Assembly (NCBI GenBank): GCA_963751345.1
Contig: CAVVUS010000030.1
Location: 320,001-384,000 of the forward strand
Direction of reading: 5' to 3'
DNA length: 64,000 bases
DNA from: an uncultured Chloroflexia bacterium
GTDB taxonomy: Bacteria; Chloroflexota; Anaerolineae; B4-G1; SLSP01
The notes under the pieces: generated by a model
Told to the model about the DNA's origin: nothing
What the model saw: the letters and a program-made list of their open reading frames with translations, nothing else
Databases searched by the model: none
In this document: positions 9,282 to 21,272 of the stretch, one piece after another
Position numbering within the stretch: position 1 is the first letter of the stretch
Layout of the letters: the number at the start of each line of letters is the position of its first letter
Program-made: the position numbers and the translations under genes

Positions 9282-11586
9282 ATGCAATACCAAACTGAGA
9301 TCTTGCACTTCCAGGAAGGCGCACGGAGCAGGAACCCCACTCCCGACGCGACGATTGCCGCGGCACAGCTAAATGCTCTATCGGATGCAGGGAGCCAGAT
9401 TGCGGTCCTCGTCGATCTGGTACCCGAGCTCCCCTACCGCAGCCGCGAGATCCGCACGTTGGTGGTGAAGACCTACTGGTCCTCCTCCGGCAGCATCGTC
9501 GCGCGTCTCCGCCGCGCCCTGGCAGCGGCCAACCGGCATCTGATCACGTTCAACCAAGAGGCGATATCCGGGAACAAATGCTCCGGCAGCATCACCTGTG
9601 CGGTCTTTTCAGGCGATGAGTTGTTCCTGGGCCAGGTCGGGGCCGCCTATGCCTACGTCTACCAACCTCCGAATGCCGCGGGCGTGGGGGAGAGTGAGCT
9701 GGAGGTATTCCCAAAACGAGATCGACTGCTGATTCCCCTGGGTGGCACGGTGCCGCCCGTGATCCATATCGGGTACACGACGATATATCCCGGCAGTATG
9801 GTCTGCCTGGCGACAACCAAGATCGCAGAATCCCAGGCGCGGGAAGTGTGGCAACAGGCGCTCTCTCTGCCGAAGCTCGCCCTGATCTCGAGTCACCTCA
9901 GCCGGGAGTTCACCAACCGTAGAAGTACGGGCAGTATCATCTTGTTCAGCGCACAGGCTACGTCAATACCCAAGCCCGCACCATGGGCTCAGCCGCGGGC
10001 TCACACACAGAGGACAACGCAACCTGAACCCGAGCGGCACACCTCGGTCACGCCGGCTTCGCTCAAGCCGATATCAGCGCCCCGGAGCCGTTCCGGTGCC
10101 AGGCCTACCAGCACCGAGATTCCCTCGGCGGCTGCGGAGCGCCTCGCCGGCCTATCCCGACCGTTTGCCCGGTTTCGAGAGCGAGGAGCCTCTGCCTACG
10201 GGCCGGGATGCGCAGGCCGGATTATCCTTGACTCCGGTCAGGGAATGGATCGAGCAGTCGCAGCGCAACTGGAGAGAACGGCGCAGGCTTCGCCAACTGA
10301 GAGCTACCGAGAGATCCACCACGGCCGAGAGGGCACGTCTCCGGCAGGCGCTGCGCACCCTGCTCCCCGGGAAGATCGAGAGCAGCCAGAAGACCGCTTC
10401 ACGTACCCCTCCTCCCGAACGATCCCCCCTCCTGCGTTGGGTCGCCCTCGGGCTACTGCTGGTCGTCACCCTTGTCACGCTGGGCAAGTACCTGCAGTTA
10501 GGCGGCCCGTTGAAGGCAGAGGAACTGATGGAAGAGGCAAAGACCCTCAGGACCCAGGCATACAGTACCCAGGATCCGGGGGATTGGCACAAGCTTCTCG
10601 ACTTGGCGGGTCAGATCGTACGGCTGGATCCCCAGAATGCCGATGCAGCGCAGTTGAAGGAGGAAGCCCAGCAGGCAGTAGATACGATGGAAAGCGCGGC
10701 GATGCTCAGCGTGACGCCGCTGCTCGACCTGGGGACAGCCCCTGCCCCCAGACGCGTGCTGGTGGCGGACGGTTGGATCTATGTCCTGGAGACGGCGACC
10801 GACGCCGTCATCGCGCTGCCGCTGAATCAGGACGGCGTCTCATCGTCGGCGGAAGGCCCCACGGCTATCTTGAGGCGGGGACAGAGTTATCTAGGTCAGA
10901 CCGTCAACCACCTGGTCGATTTCGGCTGGATCGAACCGGGTGGAAGCTATCCCGACGGGGCAGTCTTTGTCTACAGCGACGGCGGGGACATCTTCATCTA
11001 CGAGCCGGCTCTCGGCCCCGGCAGCATCACGGTACAACATATCCAAGGGGACCTGAATCCCGGGAACGTCACCGCGATGGAGACGTTTGGCGAGAACATC
11101 TATCTCGTGGACAGACAGGCAAACCAGGTCCTGATGTACGAGCCTGTGAACGGCATCTACGATGCTCCGAGGCCATATTTCGCGGAGGGATCCGCTCCGG
11201 ATCTACAATTGGTCCAGGATCTGGCGATTGATGGCCGCGTCTATCTGTTGATGGGCGATGGGAAGGTACTGTCGTACTTCTCCGGCTCCCTGGATCCTTC
11301 ATTTGAGATCAACAGTCTGCCGGACGCCGACTTCACCCCGCTGGTCATGACGATCGACCCCGACCCGGATAGCGGACTAGTCTTCCTCGCCGATTCCCAA
11401 CGCGAGCGGATCATCGCCCTTGACAAGCGCGGCAGCTTCGTCCACCAGTATCGCCTGCCGAAAGGTGAGCTCCAGCGCATCGAAGCCCTCACCGTCAACT
11501 CCCAATCGCAGGTTCTCTATCTGATTGCCGACAATCAGCTCTTCGCGGCACCATTGCCCAACTTCGGGGTTGAGCCGGCGCAGTAA
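9282..11586 (+). CDS. Single-pass membrane protein: degenerate PP2C-like N-terminal domain, TM helix, extracytoplasmic beta-propeller-like domain (frameshift near 10000-10100)
   Basis: RLRRALAAANRHL...SITCAVFSGDELFLGQVG in 9282-11231. TM WVALGLLLVVTLV and NHL-like blades (IYLVDR, LAIDGRVYLL, VFLADS) in 10096-11586. Confidence 0.65.
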
Positions 11587-11599
11587 ACGCGTGGCGACT

Positions 11600-12205
11600 A
11601 TGCCCGGCGTCACAACCCTGCGCACCTTCATCGCGATTCCTCTCTCCGAGGAGATCCACGGAAAGCTCGCGGGCGTCCAGCGACTGCTCAAGCGAACCGG
11701 CCCCGAGGGCACTGTGCGCTGGGTCGATCCGTCAAGCATTCATCTCACGCTGCACTTTCTCGGTGACATCCTGCCGGAGCGGGTCGAACCCGTTCGCGCC
11801 GCCTTGAGTGTCGTCGCCCGCCACGCCAGCCCCTTCGAATTTGGGGTTGGGGAACTGGGAGCCTTCCCGAATACCAGCCGCCCAAGGGTTGTGTGGGTCG
11901 GCGTACAGGATGCCTCGTCGTGGTTGTCGCTGCTTCACGACGCCGTTAACGAGGCGATGGCCAACCTTGGCTTCACGCCGGAAGAGCGACGCTTCTCACC
12001 TCACCTGACGCTGGGACGTGTCCGGCGCAATGCCGACAGTCGAGACGTCCGGGCGCTGGGGAACACCGTCGCACAGACGGATATCGGCACCCTCGGAACC
12101 GTGCATGCGAGGGAAATCATCTTTTTCCAGAGCGTCCTCAAACCCTCCGGAGCAGAGTATACCGCGCTCCACACCTTCGGGTTGGGGTCCGCCTCCGAAG
12201 GCTGA
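11600..12205 (+). CDS. thpR: RNA 2',3'-cyclic phosphodiesterase (2H family, LigT/ThpR)
   Basis: RTFIAI, two HLTL motifs, GAFP...PRVVWVG and S-L-P-G-EY. Confidence 0.93.
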   Translation: MPGVTTLRTFIAIPLSEEIHGKLAGVQRLLKRTGPEGTVRWVDPSSIHLTLHFLGDILPERVEPVRAALSVVARHASPFEFGVGELGAFPNTSRPRVVWVGVQDASSWLSLLHDAVNEAMANLGFTPEERRFSPHLTLGRVRRNADSRDVRALGNTVAQTDIGTLGTVHAREIIFFQSVLKPSGAEYTALHTFGLGSASEG

Positions 12206-12213
12206 CCCTTTTT

Positions 12214-13317
12214 CTACGCCTCCATCGCTGCCCGATAGGCCACCATCGTCCGTTCTGCCGTCGCCCGCCAGCTAAACGTTGCAGCTTGCTTGAACCCTGC
12301 CTCGCGTAAGCGGTGACGCAGGTCCCGATCCGCAGCGATGCTGGCGAGCGCCGTGGCAATCGCCGTCACGTCATCCGGATCCACCAGCAACCCGGCCTCC
12401 CCCACCACTTCGGGCAGACTGGCACGATTCGAGACCACGGTAGGCAGACCGCACTGCATCGCCTCCAGGGCAGGCAATCCGAACCCCTCGTAAAACGAAG
12501 GCATCACGAGCAACAGCGCGCCATTGTAGAGGGCGACCAGCTCATCGACCGTGGGTCCCTCGATGAAGTGGACCCAGCCCTCAAGGCCGAGGGACTGGAT
12601 CCGGGCGTAGACCTCGCCGTACAGCCACCCCGGCCGCCCGGCGATGACCAGGCGCTGCGCCTCCCCTCTGTCCCGAAGCAGCGCAACGGCCTCAAGCAGA
12701 CCCGGCAGATTCTTCCGCGGTTCCCAGACACCCACAAAAAGCATATACCCCGGCGTCAGGCCATAGCGTGTCAGCGCGCTCTGGGTGTCGTTGACCGGCA
12801 GCGTCCTGAACCGTTCGTCCGCTGCCAGATAGGCCACGGTCACGCGCTCGTGATCCACCCCCAACAGCTCCACGAGGTCGCGCTGCGTCGCATAGGAGTC
12901 TACAATGATCGCATCCGCACGCTTCACAGCCCACTCGATTTGGTGGTTATAGTAGCGGCGGGCATCCTCCGTGAGATAGTCCGGGTAATGCAGGAAATTG
13001 AGATCGTGCACGGTGGCCACCAGATGACGAGCGCCCCAAGCCGGCGGGATAAAGTCGGTGCTATGGAGGATGTCGAGCCCCATCGGCCACAGCTCCACAC
13101 CAAACAGCCACTTTTCCAGGGGATGATGCGGGGGGGTCCAGACACGACGTGTCCGGGCACCGGGCAGGGCCACCATGTCCTGTTCCTTCCGATGGGAGAT
13201 CAACGACCATTGCTCGGCAGGCTCAAGCTCCGCTAACGCACGGCAGAGGCGCCGTGCGTAACGGGATATGCCGCCGGGAGCATACGCATGCAGACGCAGA
13301 TCGATACCGACCTTCAT
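12214..13317 (-). CDS. Glycosyltransferase family 4
   Basis: GGISRY, TVHDL, EPRKN, PSFYEGFGLPALEAM and FSW. Confidence 0.93.
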   Translation of the reverse strand: MKVGIDLRLHAYAPGGISRYARRLCRALAELEPAEQWSLISHRKEQDMVALPGARTRRVWTPPHHPLEKWLFGVELWPMGLDILHSTDFIPPAWGARHLVATVHDLNFLHYPDYLTEDARRYYNHQIEWAVKRADAIIVDSYATQRDLVELLGVDHERVTVAYLAADERFRTLPVNDTQSALTRYGLTPGYMLFVGVWEPRKNLPGLLEAVALLRDRGEAQRLVIAGRPGWLYGEVYARIQSLGLEGWVHFIEGPTVDELVALYNGALLLVMPSFYEGFGLPALEAMQCGLPTVVSNRASLPEVVGEAGLLVDPDDVTAIATALASIAADRDLRHRLREAGFKQAATFSWRATAERTMVAYRAAMEA

Positions 13318-13324
13318 GCTCTTT

Positions 13325-14360
13325 TCAATACCCCCGCGACAGATCCACGATGTTGCGCAGTTGGTCGCCACGCAGATAACGTGCCAGGTTGTCCAGGAAG
13401 AGCTCGGCCTCGCGCTGCTTGAAGTGCGGCGTGCTCCAACTGTTATGGGGCGTGATCATCACGTTTGGCAGATCCCACAGCGGCGAGTCCGCCGGCAGGG
13501 GTTCCTCATCGAAGACGTCCAGCGCCGCACCCCCGATCTGCCCCTCTCGCAAGGCCTCGATGAGCGCTTCGTGATCGACAATGGGGCCGCGGGCGATATT
13601 GATCAGCCAAGCGTCGGATCGCATCCGGCGTAATTCCGTCCGTGCTGAGCAGGCCCCGCGTCTGAGGGGTCAAAGGTGCAGCGACCACAACAAAGTCCGA
13701 CGCCGCCAGCAAATCCGGCAGTCGATCGGGTGAGAGGACCTCATCGGCGCAGGAGGCAGCGCGCTCGGGATGTTGACGTGTGGCAATCACACGCATCCCC
13801 ATCGCCTGGCAACGGCATGCGATCTCCGTCCCGATGCTGCCAAGGCCGATGAGCCCGACGGTAAGATCGCTCAGCTCGCGCAGCCGCAGGAGATGCCATT
13901 GGTGCGCCCGCTGTTGGACGAGGAACTCGGGAACGCGTTTTGCTACCACGAGGATCCACGTCAACACCGCCTCGGCGATCGGCACATCGAAGACGCCGGC
14001 CGCGTTGGTGATCACGACATCGCGACCCGGCGACATCGCCCGCACCACGTGCTCCACGCCGGCTGTCATCACGTGGGCCCATCGCAGCGTGGGCGCGTGG
14101 AGAAGCAGTTTCAGTGACTCGTGCGAGAGCGTCCACGGTACCATCACGACCTCGGCATCCTGGATATCCGGCCGGCTGCGCTCGTCGTGACCCTCCACCC
14201 TATCGGAGCTCATGTCATTGGGCGTTACATCGCCATCGGTGAAGCCGAGATCCTCGATGAGCACGATATCACAAGCGTCGAGAAGATCCCAGTCTTCCAC
14301 CAACTCGCACGTGCGCGTCTGCAGGATCGGTAACACAAACTCGGGCATGACGATCTTCAT
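13325..14360 (-). CDS. D-2-hydroxyacid dehydrogenase (frameshift near 13630)
   Basis: GLIGLGSIG, APLTPQTRGL, INIARG, AALDVFDEEPL and ITPH. Confidence 0.9.
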
Positions 14361-14476
14361 CAGCAACCTCGCATCAAGTCATTCGAGTCGAGCATACCTG
14401 ATTTGAGGGCAAAGTCCAAACACACGTTGCACCTTTCCCGGCCCATGCTCTGTGTTATGATACGTGCGGAGGATTT

Positions 14477-15647
14477 ATGTCGAAACAATACATCGTGCAC
14501 TACGGCGAGCTCGGTCTCAAGGGACACAACCGTGTCAACTTTGAGCGAAGGCTTGTCAGCAACATCCAGACCGCGCTACGAGATCTCGGAGACGCGAAGG
14601 TCTCCCGTTCGTACGGATACATCGTCGTCAAGTCCCCTGAGGGAGCCACGGCGGGCGAGATGGAGGCACGGCTCAGCCGGCTCCCCGGTATCGCTTACAT
14701 CGCCCCGGTGACCACGACACCGCTCGATATGGACGTAATCGGCGAGACTGCGGTGATGCTGGCACGTGACGTCATCACGCCGGAGACCAGCTTCCGCGTC
14801 CGCACTGCACGGGGTAACAAGCAATTCCCCTACACCTCGCCCGAGGTAGATCGAGAGGTCGGAGGCCGGATTGCCGATGAGATCGGGGCACCGGTCGATC
14901 TGAGGGACGCCGACGTCACGCTCACGATTCAGATCTATGACGAAGAGGCTTATATCTTTGTCCGCCGGATTCCGGGATTGGGCGGGCTTCCGGTCGGCTC
15001 CAGCGGACGCGTGATCGCGCTCTTCTCCGGAGGCATCGACTCGCCGGTCGCGGCACACCTGATGATGAAGCGAGGATGCACCATCGACTTCGTGCACTTC
15101 CACCTTCTGCGGGGAACGCAACAGATTCACGACGCGAAGGTCGTGGCGATGGCGCATCAGCTCCTGGCACCCCACCGTGTCGCCGGTCGTCTCTTCATGA
15201 TCTCCGCAGCGCCCTTCGAGGCCGCGATGGCCTCGCTGAACTCCCGCGTCGCGACCGTGGTATTTCGGCGCTTCATCATGCGGGCCGCGGAGAAGAGTCG
15301 CCTTCTACCGCAAGGCGCCCGCCCTCGTGACGGGCGAAAGCCTCGGGCAGGTCGCCTCGCAAACCCTCAAGAACATCAACGTGATCGCCGACGCCACCCA
15401 TATGCCGATCCTTCGTCCCCTGATCGGGATGGACAAGCTGGAGATCATCGACATCGCGAAAGAGATCGGAACGTACGAGATCTCCATACAGCCCTATCAG
15501 GATCCGTGTTCGCTCCATGCCCAGAGTCCCGCGACCTGGTCGCGGTTGGATCAGGTCCGCCAGGTCGAGGACGAGATCGACGCCGAATCCCTGCTTCATG
15601 AGACGATGACGCACCACGTCGAGGAGATCCGTATCTCCTTCACGTAG
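14477..15647 (+). CDS. thiI: tRNA 4-thiouridine synthase ThiI (THUMP + PP-loop, no rhodanese domain; frameshift near 15300)
   Basis: YGELGLKGHNR, GLGGLPVG, FSGGIDSPVA, TGESLGQVASQT, ILRPLIGMDK and QDPC. Confidence 0.93.
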
Positions 15648-15656
15648 AGAGAGAGA

Positions 15657-15727
15657 ACCTTCCGGGAAGGTACAATGAGAGTGGGCTCGCGGAGCTGCCA
15701 TTCTAGAGGCTTACCATCCCGGAAGGT
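15657..15727. repeat. Pair of ACCTTCCGGGAAGGT palindromes
   Basis: Copies at 15657-15671 and 15713-15727 (the second reads ACCATCCCGGAAGGT). Confidence 0.7.
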
Positions 15728-15782
15728 AGAACGTGCTATACTAAGGGTGAACGTCAGGACCGACCGAAACGGAGCCCAAGAC

Positions 15783-17073
15783 ATGGATTTGCGCGCCTTC
15801 ATCGCCGAACTGGATGCAGCGGGCGAACTGCAGCGGATTTCCGATGCGGTCTCCCCGCAGTTCGAGGTTGCGAGCATTCTCGCCCGTCACGACGGGCAGC
15901 CGCTGCTGTTTGAACATCTGACGGGCTATCCCGGTTGGCGCCTCGCCTCCGGCTACGTCGCCCAGCGCTCCCACTTCGCCCGGGTCCTTGGCTGCAGTGT
16001 GAACGAGTTGGTTCCCGCGATGGCAAAGGCGTTGGCCCAGCCGGCGACACCCCCATTTGTCGAGGAAGCACCGTGCCAGGAGGTCGTGCTATCTGACGTC
16101 GATCTCGACCGGATCCCGATTCCGCGCTACCACCCCCAGGACGGGGGGCCCTACATCACCGCCGGGGTCGCGGTTATCGTCGATCCGGACTATGGGCGCA
16201 ATCTCTCCTTTCACCGGCTGATGCGCATCGGGAGGGACCGCCTGGTAGGGCGCATCGTCGAACAGCGGGGAACTGACACGGCGTGGCGGAAGTTCCCGGA
16301 CGGGCTGCCGATGGCGGTCTGTATCGGGCTGCCACCCCACATCCTCCTGGCAGCCGCCATGTCACCCCCCAAAGGGGTGGATGAGATGGGTATCGCCCAG
16401 GCGATGGCCCCAACACCGATGACGCGAGCGAGGACGGTCCCCCTGGAGATCCCGGCGAACGCGGAGTTGGTGTTCGAGGGCGTCCTGACCCATGAGTTTG
16501 CGTCTGAAGGCCCCTTCCCGGACCTGTCAGGGACGATGGACGGCGTCCGAGAGCAGCCGATCTTCAAAGTCACGACCATCACCCACCGGCGCGACCCCAT
16601 CTTTCACGCGCTGCTGCCGGCGGGACTCGAGCACAAGAACCTGATGGGAATGCCACGGGAACCCACGATCTACGCAGAGGTAAGTAAGGTCGCGACCTGT
16701 ACGGGAGGTCCTGATCACGCCCGGAGGCTGCTCGTGGCTACACGCCGTGGTACAGATTGAGCCTCACGGGCCGGACGATGCGCGGCAGGCGATCGAGGCG
16801 GCATTCCGCGGCCACAGCTCATTGAAGCACGTGGTAGTGGTAGATACGGACGTGGATATCCACGACCCAGCCGACGTGGAGTGGGCCATTGCCACCCGCT
16901 TTCAAGCCGACCGTGACCTTATCCTCCTCCGAGGGCAGCCAAGCTCCAGCCTCGACCCCAGCGCTCGCCAGATTCCCGGCCAGAAGACGCAGACGGCGAA
17001 GATGGGATTGGACGCTACGATCCCCTGGGGTGCCGAGAAGGAAGGGTACCTCCGCGTGCACTATGCGATGTAA
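15783..17073 (+). CDS. UbiD-family prFMN-dependent decarboxylase, probable anhydromevalonate-phosphate decarboxylase (frameshift near 16705)
   Basis: DLRAFI, DGGPYITAG, NLSFHRL, EGPFPD, EHKNLMG, VVVVDTDVDI, WAIATR, SSLDPS and KMGLDAT. Confidence 0.88.
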
Positions 17074-17096
17074 ACGTTCATTGGCAAAGGCCGGGT

Positions 17097-17126
17097 GGGG
17101 CGTGCAGACACGGGGCGTGCAGACAC
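17097..17126. repeat. 15-bp tandem direct repeat
   Basis: GGGGCGTGCAGACAC occurs twice in the intergenic region. Confidence 0.6.
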
Positions 17127-17176
17127 GCCAGGGCAAGCTCTCTAGCACCCGGCGCCTAGAGACAAGGAGGGACACG

Positions 17177-17878
17177 ATGAAATTCATCAATGGGCTAAAC
17201 CGCGCCGTTGTCGTGATCATATGCCTCGTGCTGATGGTGGGGCTCACGGCTCTCTTCCTCATGCCAGAGATCGTCCTCCGGGACGTGGGGCAGTGGATGG
17301 TGAATTGGGGTGGCTACCTCGGAGGCCAGGTCGCATGGATTCGCCTTGCCGTGGGGATCGTGTTGACCATCGTGGTGGACGCACTGCTTCTGATCGCGAT
17401 CTTCCTGGAGGTTCGTCGCGGACGTCAGCGCTACATCAGGGTGCAGCAGGTCGCCGGCGGGATGGCAACTATCGGCGTTGACAGCGTGACGGAACTGCTG
17501 CATTACAAGCTCGATCCGCTGCCGGGTGTGATCAAGGTGATCCCGGACATCCGGGCAAAGGGCAACAGGGTGGATGCCAGGGTCGAAGTGGGGGTGAGCC
17601 GCGGCACGAACGTGCCGGAGACCGCCAACCGGGTCATCAGGGAGATCCAGTCAGCCCTCACCGACGATTTGGGCATGCAGATCGCGGGTCAGCCGCAGGT
17701 CCGGGTGACCGTCCTCGCGCAGGAGGGCAGGAGGGTAGCTCCGACCCGGACCCCGCCGCCGATACCGGTGCCCTCGACGGCGCCGTCGGGCAGTAGCGTC
17801 GAGGAGGCCCAGGGCGACTCACTCGGTGAGCAGCCCTCGCAAGAGCCCGACGACGACCGAGAAGCCGAAGACGCGTGA
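17177..17878 (+). CDS. Asp23/AmaP-like membrane-anchored protein
   Basis: AAGGAGG RBS, two N-terminal TM helices, then an Asp23-like pattern (NVPETANRVIREIQ...LG...VRVTV). Confidence 0.6.
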   Translation: MKFINGLNRAVVVIICLVLMVGLTALFLMPEIVLRDVGQWMVNWGGYLGGQVAWIRLAVGIVLTIVVDALLLIAIFLEVRRGRQRYIRVQQVAGGMATIGVDSVTELLHYKLDPLPGVIKVIPDIRAKGNRVDARVEVGVSRGTNVPETANRVIREIQSALTDDLGMQIAGQPQVRVTVLAQEGRRVAPTRTPPPIPVPSTAPSGSSVEEAQGDSLGEQPSQEPDDDREAEDA

Positions 17879-18406
17879 GTGATACCGAAAGACCGGCCCC
17901 CGAAGCGTTGCTGGAGGCCCTGATCTTCACCTCGCCCCAGCCTGTATCGGTCGAAGCCCTGGCTGGGGCGACCGGACTCTCCCTGGAGGAGACGGAGGAC
18001 GCGCTGGCAACCCTGGAGGCACAGAGCGCACACCGGGGACTCCGCCTCCAGCGCAGCCACGACCGGCTGCAATTCGTCTCTATGCCCGAAGCTGCACCCT
18101 ACATCGAGGAGCTACTGGGGTTGGACGTGACGTTACGCCTCACACAGGCCGCGATGGAGACGTTAGCCATCGTCGCCTATGCCCAACCCGTGACCCGCCC
18201 ACAGCTGGAGTCGATTCGCGGGGTCAGCTCGGATAGCACGATACGCACACTGCTATCCGCAGGATTGATCGAGGAGATGGGGCGAGCCGATAGCGCTGGG
18301 TCGCCCGATCCTGTACGGGACGACGTTCGAATTCCTCCAGCAGTTCGGGCTCAAACAGCCCGATGACCTTCCCCCCTGCAAGCCAAGGGAGACACTCCGA
18401 GCGTAG
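17875..18406 (+). CDS. scpB: SMC-Scp complex subunit ScpB (frameshift near 18290)
   Basis: LEALIF, LTQAAMETLAIVAYAQPVTR and IRGV; the shifted frame reads GRPILYGTTFEFLQQFGL. Confidence 0.93.
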
Positions 18407-18478
18407 AAACTGAGTCTCAAGGTCAGGCATAGGGCGCTGGGCGCACCCCTATCAGGCGATGTGCGACGCTGCGAGTCA

Positions 18479-21210
18479 ATGAGCCGATCCGGTGTCCCGC
18501 AACCCTCGGGGCCGACCGCGCATCGCGGCTCCCCCTCCCCACCCCTCTCGACTAGGGGGAGGGAGAAGAGGACGCGGCTAGGACGCCGTCCGCGGCTGGG
18601 ACGCCGTCCGCGGCTGAGGGGCTTCCTCCTCCTCTGCTTGGTGGTGCTGTTCGCGGGCGGTCGCCCGTTGAGGCACGCAGCGAGTTCGCACAGGCCGCTA
18701 CGAACCCCGTAAGCGTCTACTACGTAGGTCCGGAGGACGTCATCGCCAATGCCATCGACCGTGCGGCGCCCTATGTCGTGCGGGTGGATCAGCCGGATCT
18801 CGCCCAGGTCATCGTCATTAACAACGCGCCGCTGAAGGACTCGCTCGAGGTCTTCAGCAACGAGATCCAACAAAGCCGAGTCGGGCTCGTCCTGTTCTGC
18901 GGCCCGTTCTTTCCCGAGACCGCGGAAGATCTTCGGGCGCTCTTGGCCGTAAGCACGTTCGGACTCGATCGGACATCGAGCCCGGAACCGGTTCAGGTTT
19001 CGACCGTGGACGATCCCCTCCAGCACGCGATCACCTGGAGATCCGCACCCGAGATTCAGGCGCGGACCTTGATCACCAACCCCAACCTGCTGCAGCCGGT
19101 GGTGACCACGGCCTCGGGCCAGGGTGTGATCCAGCGCGTCCGGAGCCGAGATCAAACCCAGGCATTGATCGTCGATGGGTGGCTGAGCGATCCCTCGAAC
19201 GCGGCGTGGTCGACGTGGCCCTACTTCAACTATCTGATCTACGACCTGATCGCAGATGCGGCCAATGCTGCCAGGGTTCTCGCTTATGCAGACTACCCCG
19301 CATCGCCGGCCCCGGCGCGGACGGGCCGATGGGCCATAGCAGGCGCGGGACTGGGGTTGGTGATCGGCGCGGGGGCAATTTACTACGCCGCCCGGCGTCG
19401 CCTCTACCTGAGACCAGACCTGGCCGACAAGTGGCGTGAGACCATGCGCGGAACCGCGCGACCATCAGGACCCGAGGCATGGCGGCGTGCCGGATTCCAT
19501 CGCCCCCTCGCCGGATTCCTCACCTATCTGCCCCTGGCTCTGCTGCTCTTCTTGCCCCTGATCGCCTATGATGTCTACGTTCTCCCCGACCTCCTGATGC
19601 CGGATGCGCAGGGGCTGCAAACCTGGGAGACAGTCATCACTTGGACGATGATCGTCTGGATTTTGCTGGATGCAGGGATGGGCACCGCAGTCGTGCGTAT
19701 GTACAGTGCGCACCACATCCACTTTCCGCAGCGCGCCTCGCGATACCTGCAGTTCTATATATGGTGGCAGATCATCAGCGGGGCGCTGCAGCTCGGGATC
19801 ACGTGCGTGCTGTGTGCCGTGGTCAATACCGGCGATAGGACTGGCCCATCTCACCTACTATATCCTGGCACGTGCCGCACTCCAGCTTCTGGGATTCATG
19901 GGGGTCTTCGGGGTAGCTTTCCGCGCGCGCCAGCGTTTCGACTTCCAGCAGTTTCTCAACCTTACCGCGATGCTAAGCGTGCCGCTTCTGCAGATCACGC
20001 TCATCCTTCTCTTGCGACCGTGGGGAGAAGTCACGACGGAGATCGGCCCAGGGCTGGGCGGCGCGCTTGGGCTCGCCGGCGGCGTCGTGCTCGCGAATCT
20101 CTTCACGTTTGTCCTTGGGCGCTCTTCTCTACCGCCGAGATGGCCAGAGTATTGGGGCGCTGTTCCTGCCCACGTTCGATGCCCAGACGTCCAGAGACAC
20201 GCTGTCGTTTGGGATCCCGTGGGCAATTGGTGCGGCGATTCCAGCTATCGGCGTACTGCTTCAGACCCATGTGCTGGTCTCACAGCTGACGCCCCCGAGT
20301 CTGCGGGTCGAGAGCTGGCGCCTCCTATTGCTCCTCGCAGGGGGGTTCGAAATTCTGCTCACCGGCCTTTATCGTGACCTGATGCCGATGCTGTCAGAGG
20401 CGCAATCGATGAACTTCCGAACGCTGCTGCGTTACGCGACCAGCCAGGGCATCCGGTATGGCGCATGGTTCAGCTTCTTCCTGTTCGCGGTCCTGGGCGT
20501 CCTCGGTGAGCGCGCCTTCGCCACAATACTCAGCCCTCGCTACGGAGATGCGGCGCCGTGGCTGATGGCGCTGCTCCTGTGGGGTGCACTGCGCTGGGCG
20601 ACGTGGCTACCGGATCGCATGCTGGAGGCTGCAGGACGTCCCTGGTTTATCGCCCTCCTGTCGCTCATCGAGCAAGCTGTGCGAATCGGGGGAGGCCTGG
20701 TCCTGGTGCGGCGCATGGGGTACGCCAGGGCTGTTGGCAGCCTATGGCGCCGGACTCCTTCTGAGAGCGCTGCTCGCTCGGCGCTTCGCCGGGCACTATC
20801 TCGTCCAGGCCCGGATCTACGTCTGGCAGGCGCTCGTTGCCCCCGCAGGGGGCGCAATCCTCACCTATCAGATCCTGCGCATCATCCTGATGTATACATG
20901 GCCGGCCACCGCATCACCCACGACGTGGCTTGGTGGGGCGCTGCTCGCCATTGGGCTGCTGCTTCCCGCTCTATGGATCTACGGATTTCTCACCGCGCTC
21001 CTGGGAGGGTGGGACGATGGCGGTCTCGCGGAGTTGCAGGAGGCCACGAGCATCAGCAGCGTCGGCTACCCCGCCGCGTGGGTGCTCGTGCAATGTGTCC
21101 GCCTTGGCGCCCACATCTCACCCTTGCACGCACGCTTTCCCATCGCGCTTTATACGCCGGCCCAGAGAGAAGCCCGCGAGCTCACCTTGGCACAACGGCA
21201 ACCTGAGTAG
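18479..21210 (+). CDS. Exported N-terminal domain fused to a polytopic MOP/oligosaccharide flippase-like domain; at least 4 frameshifts
   Basis: Signal-like GFLLLCLVVLFAG, a ~200 aa soluble domain, then many TM helices across ORFs 18778, 19670, 20067 and 20584, with LDAGMGTAVVR resembling the flippase DxG motif. Confidence 0.6.
18573..18618. repeat. 18-bp tandem repeat (2.5 copies), preceded by a CCCCTCCCC...GGGGGAGGG hairpin
   Basis: CGCGGCTRGGACGCCGTC units encode RLGRRP repeats; the hairpin lies at about 18530-18564. Confidence 0.6.
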
Positions 21211-21272
21211 ATAATGGATGCGGAAAGGACCACATCGCAGCCGAATCTTGGACATTCATGAAGGAGCCAGCC

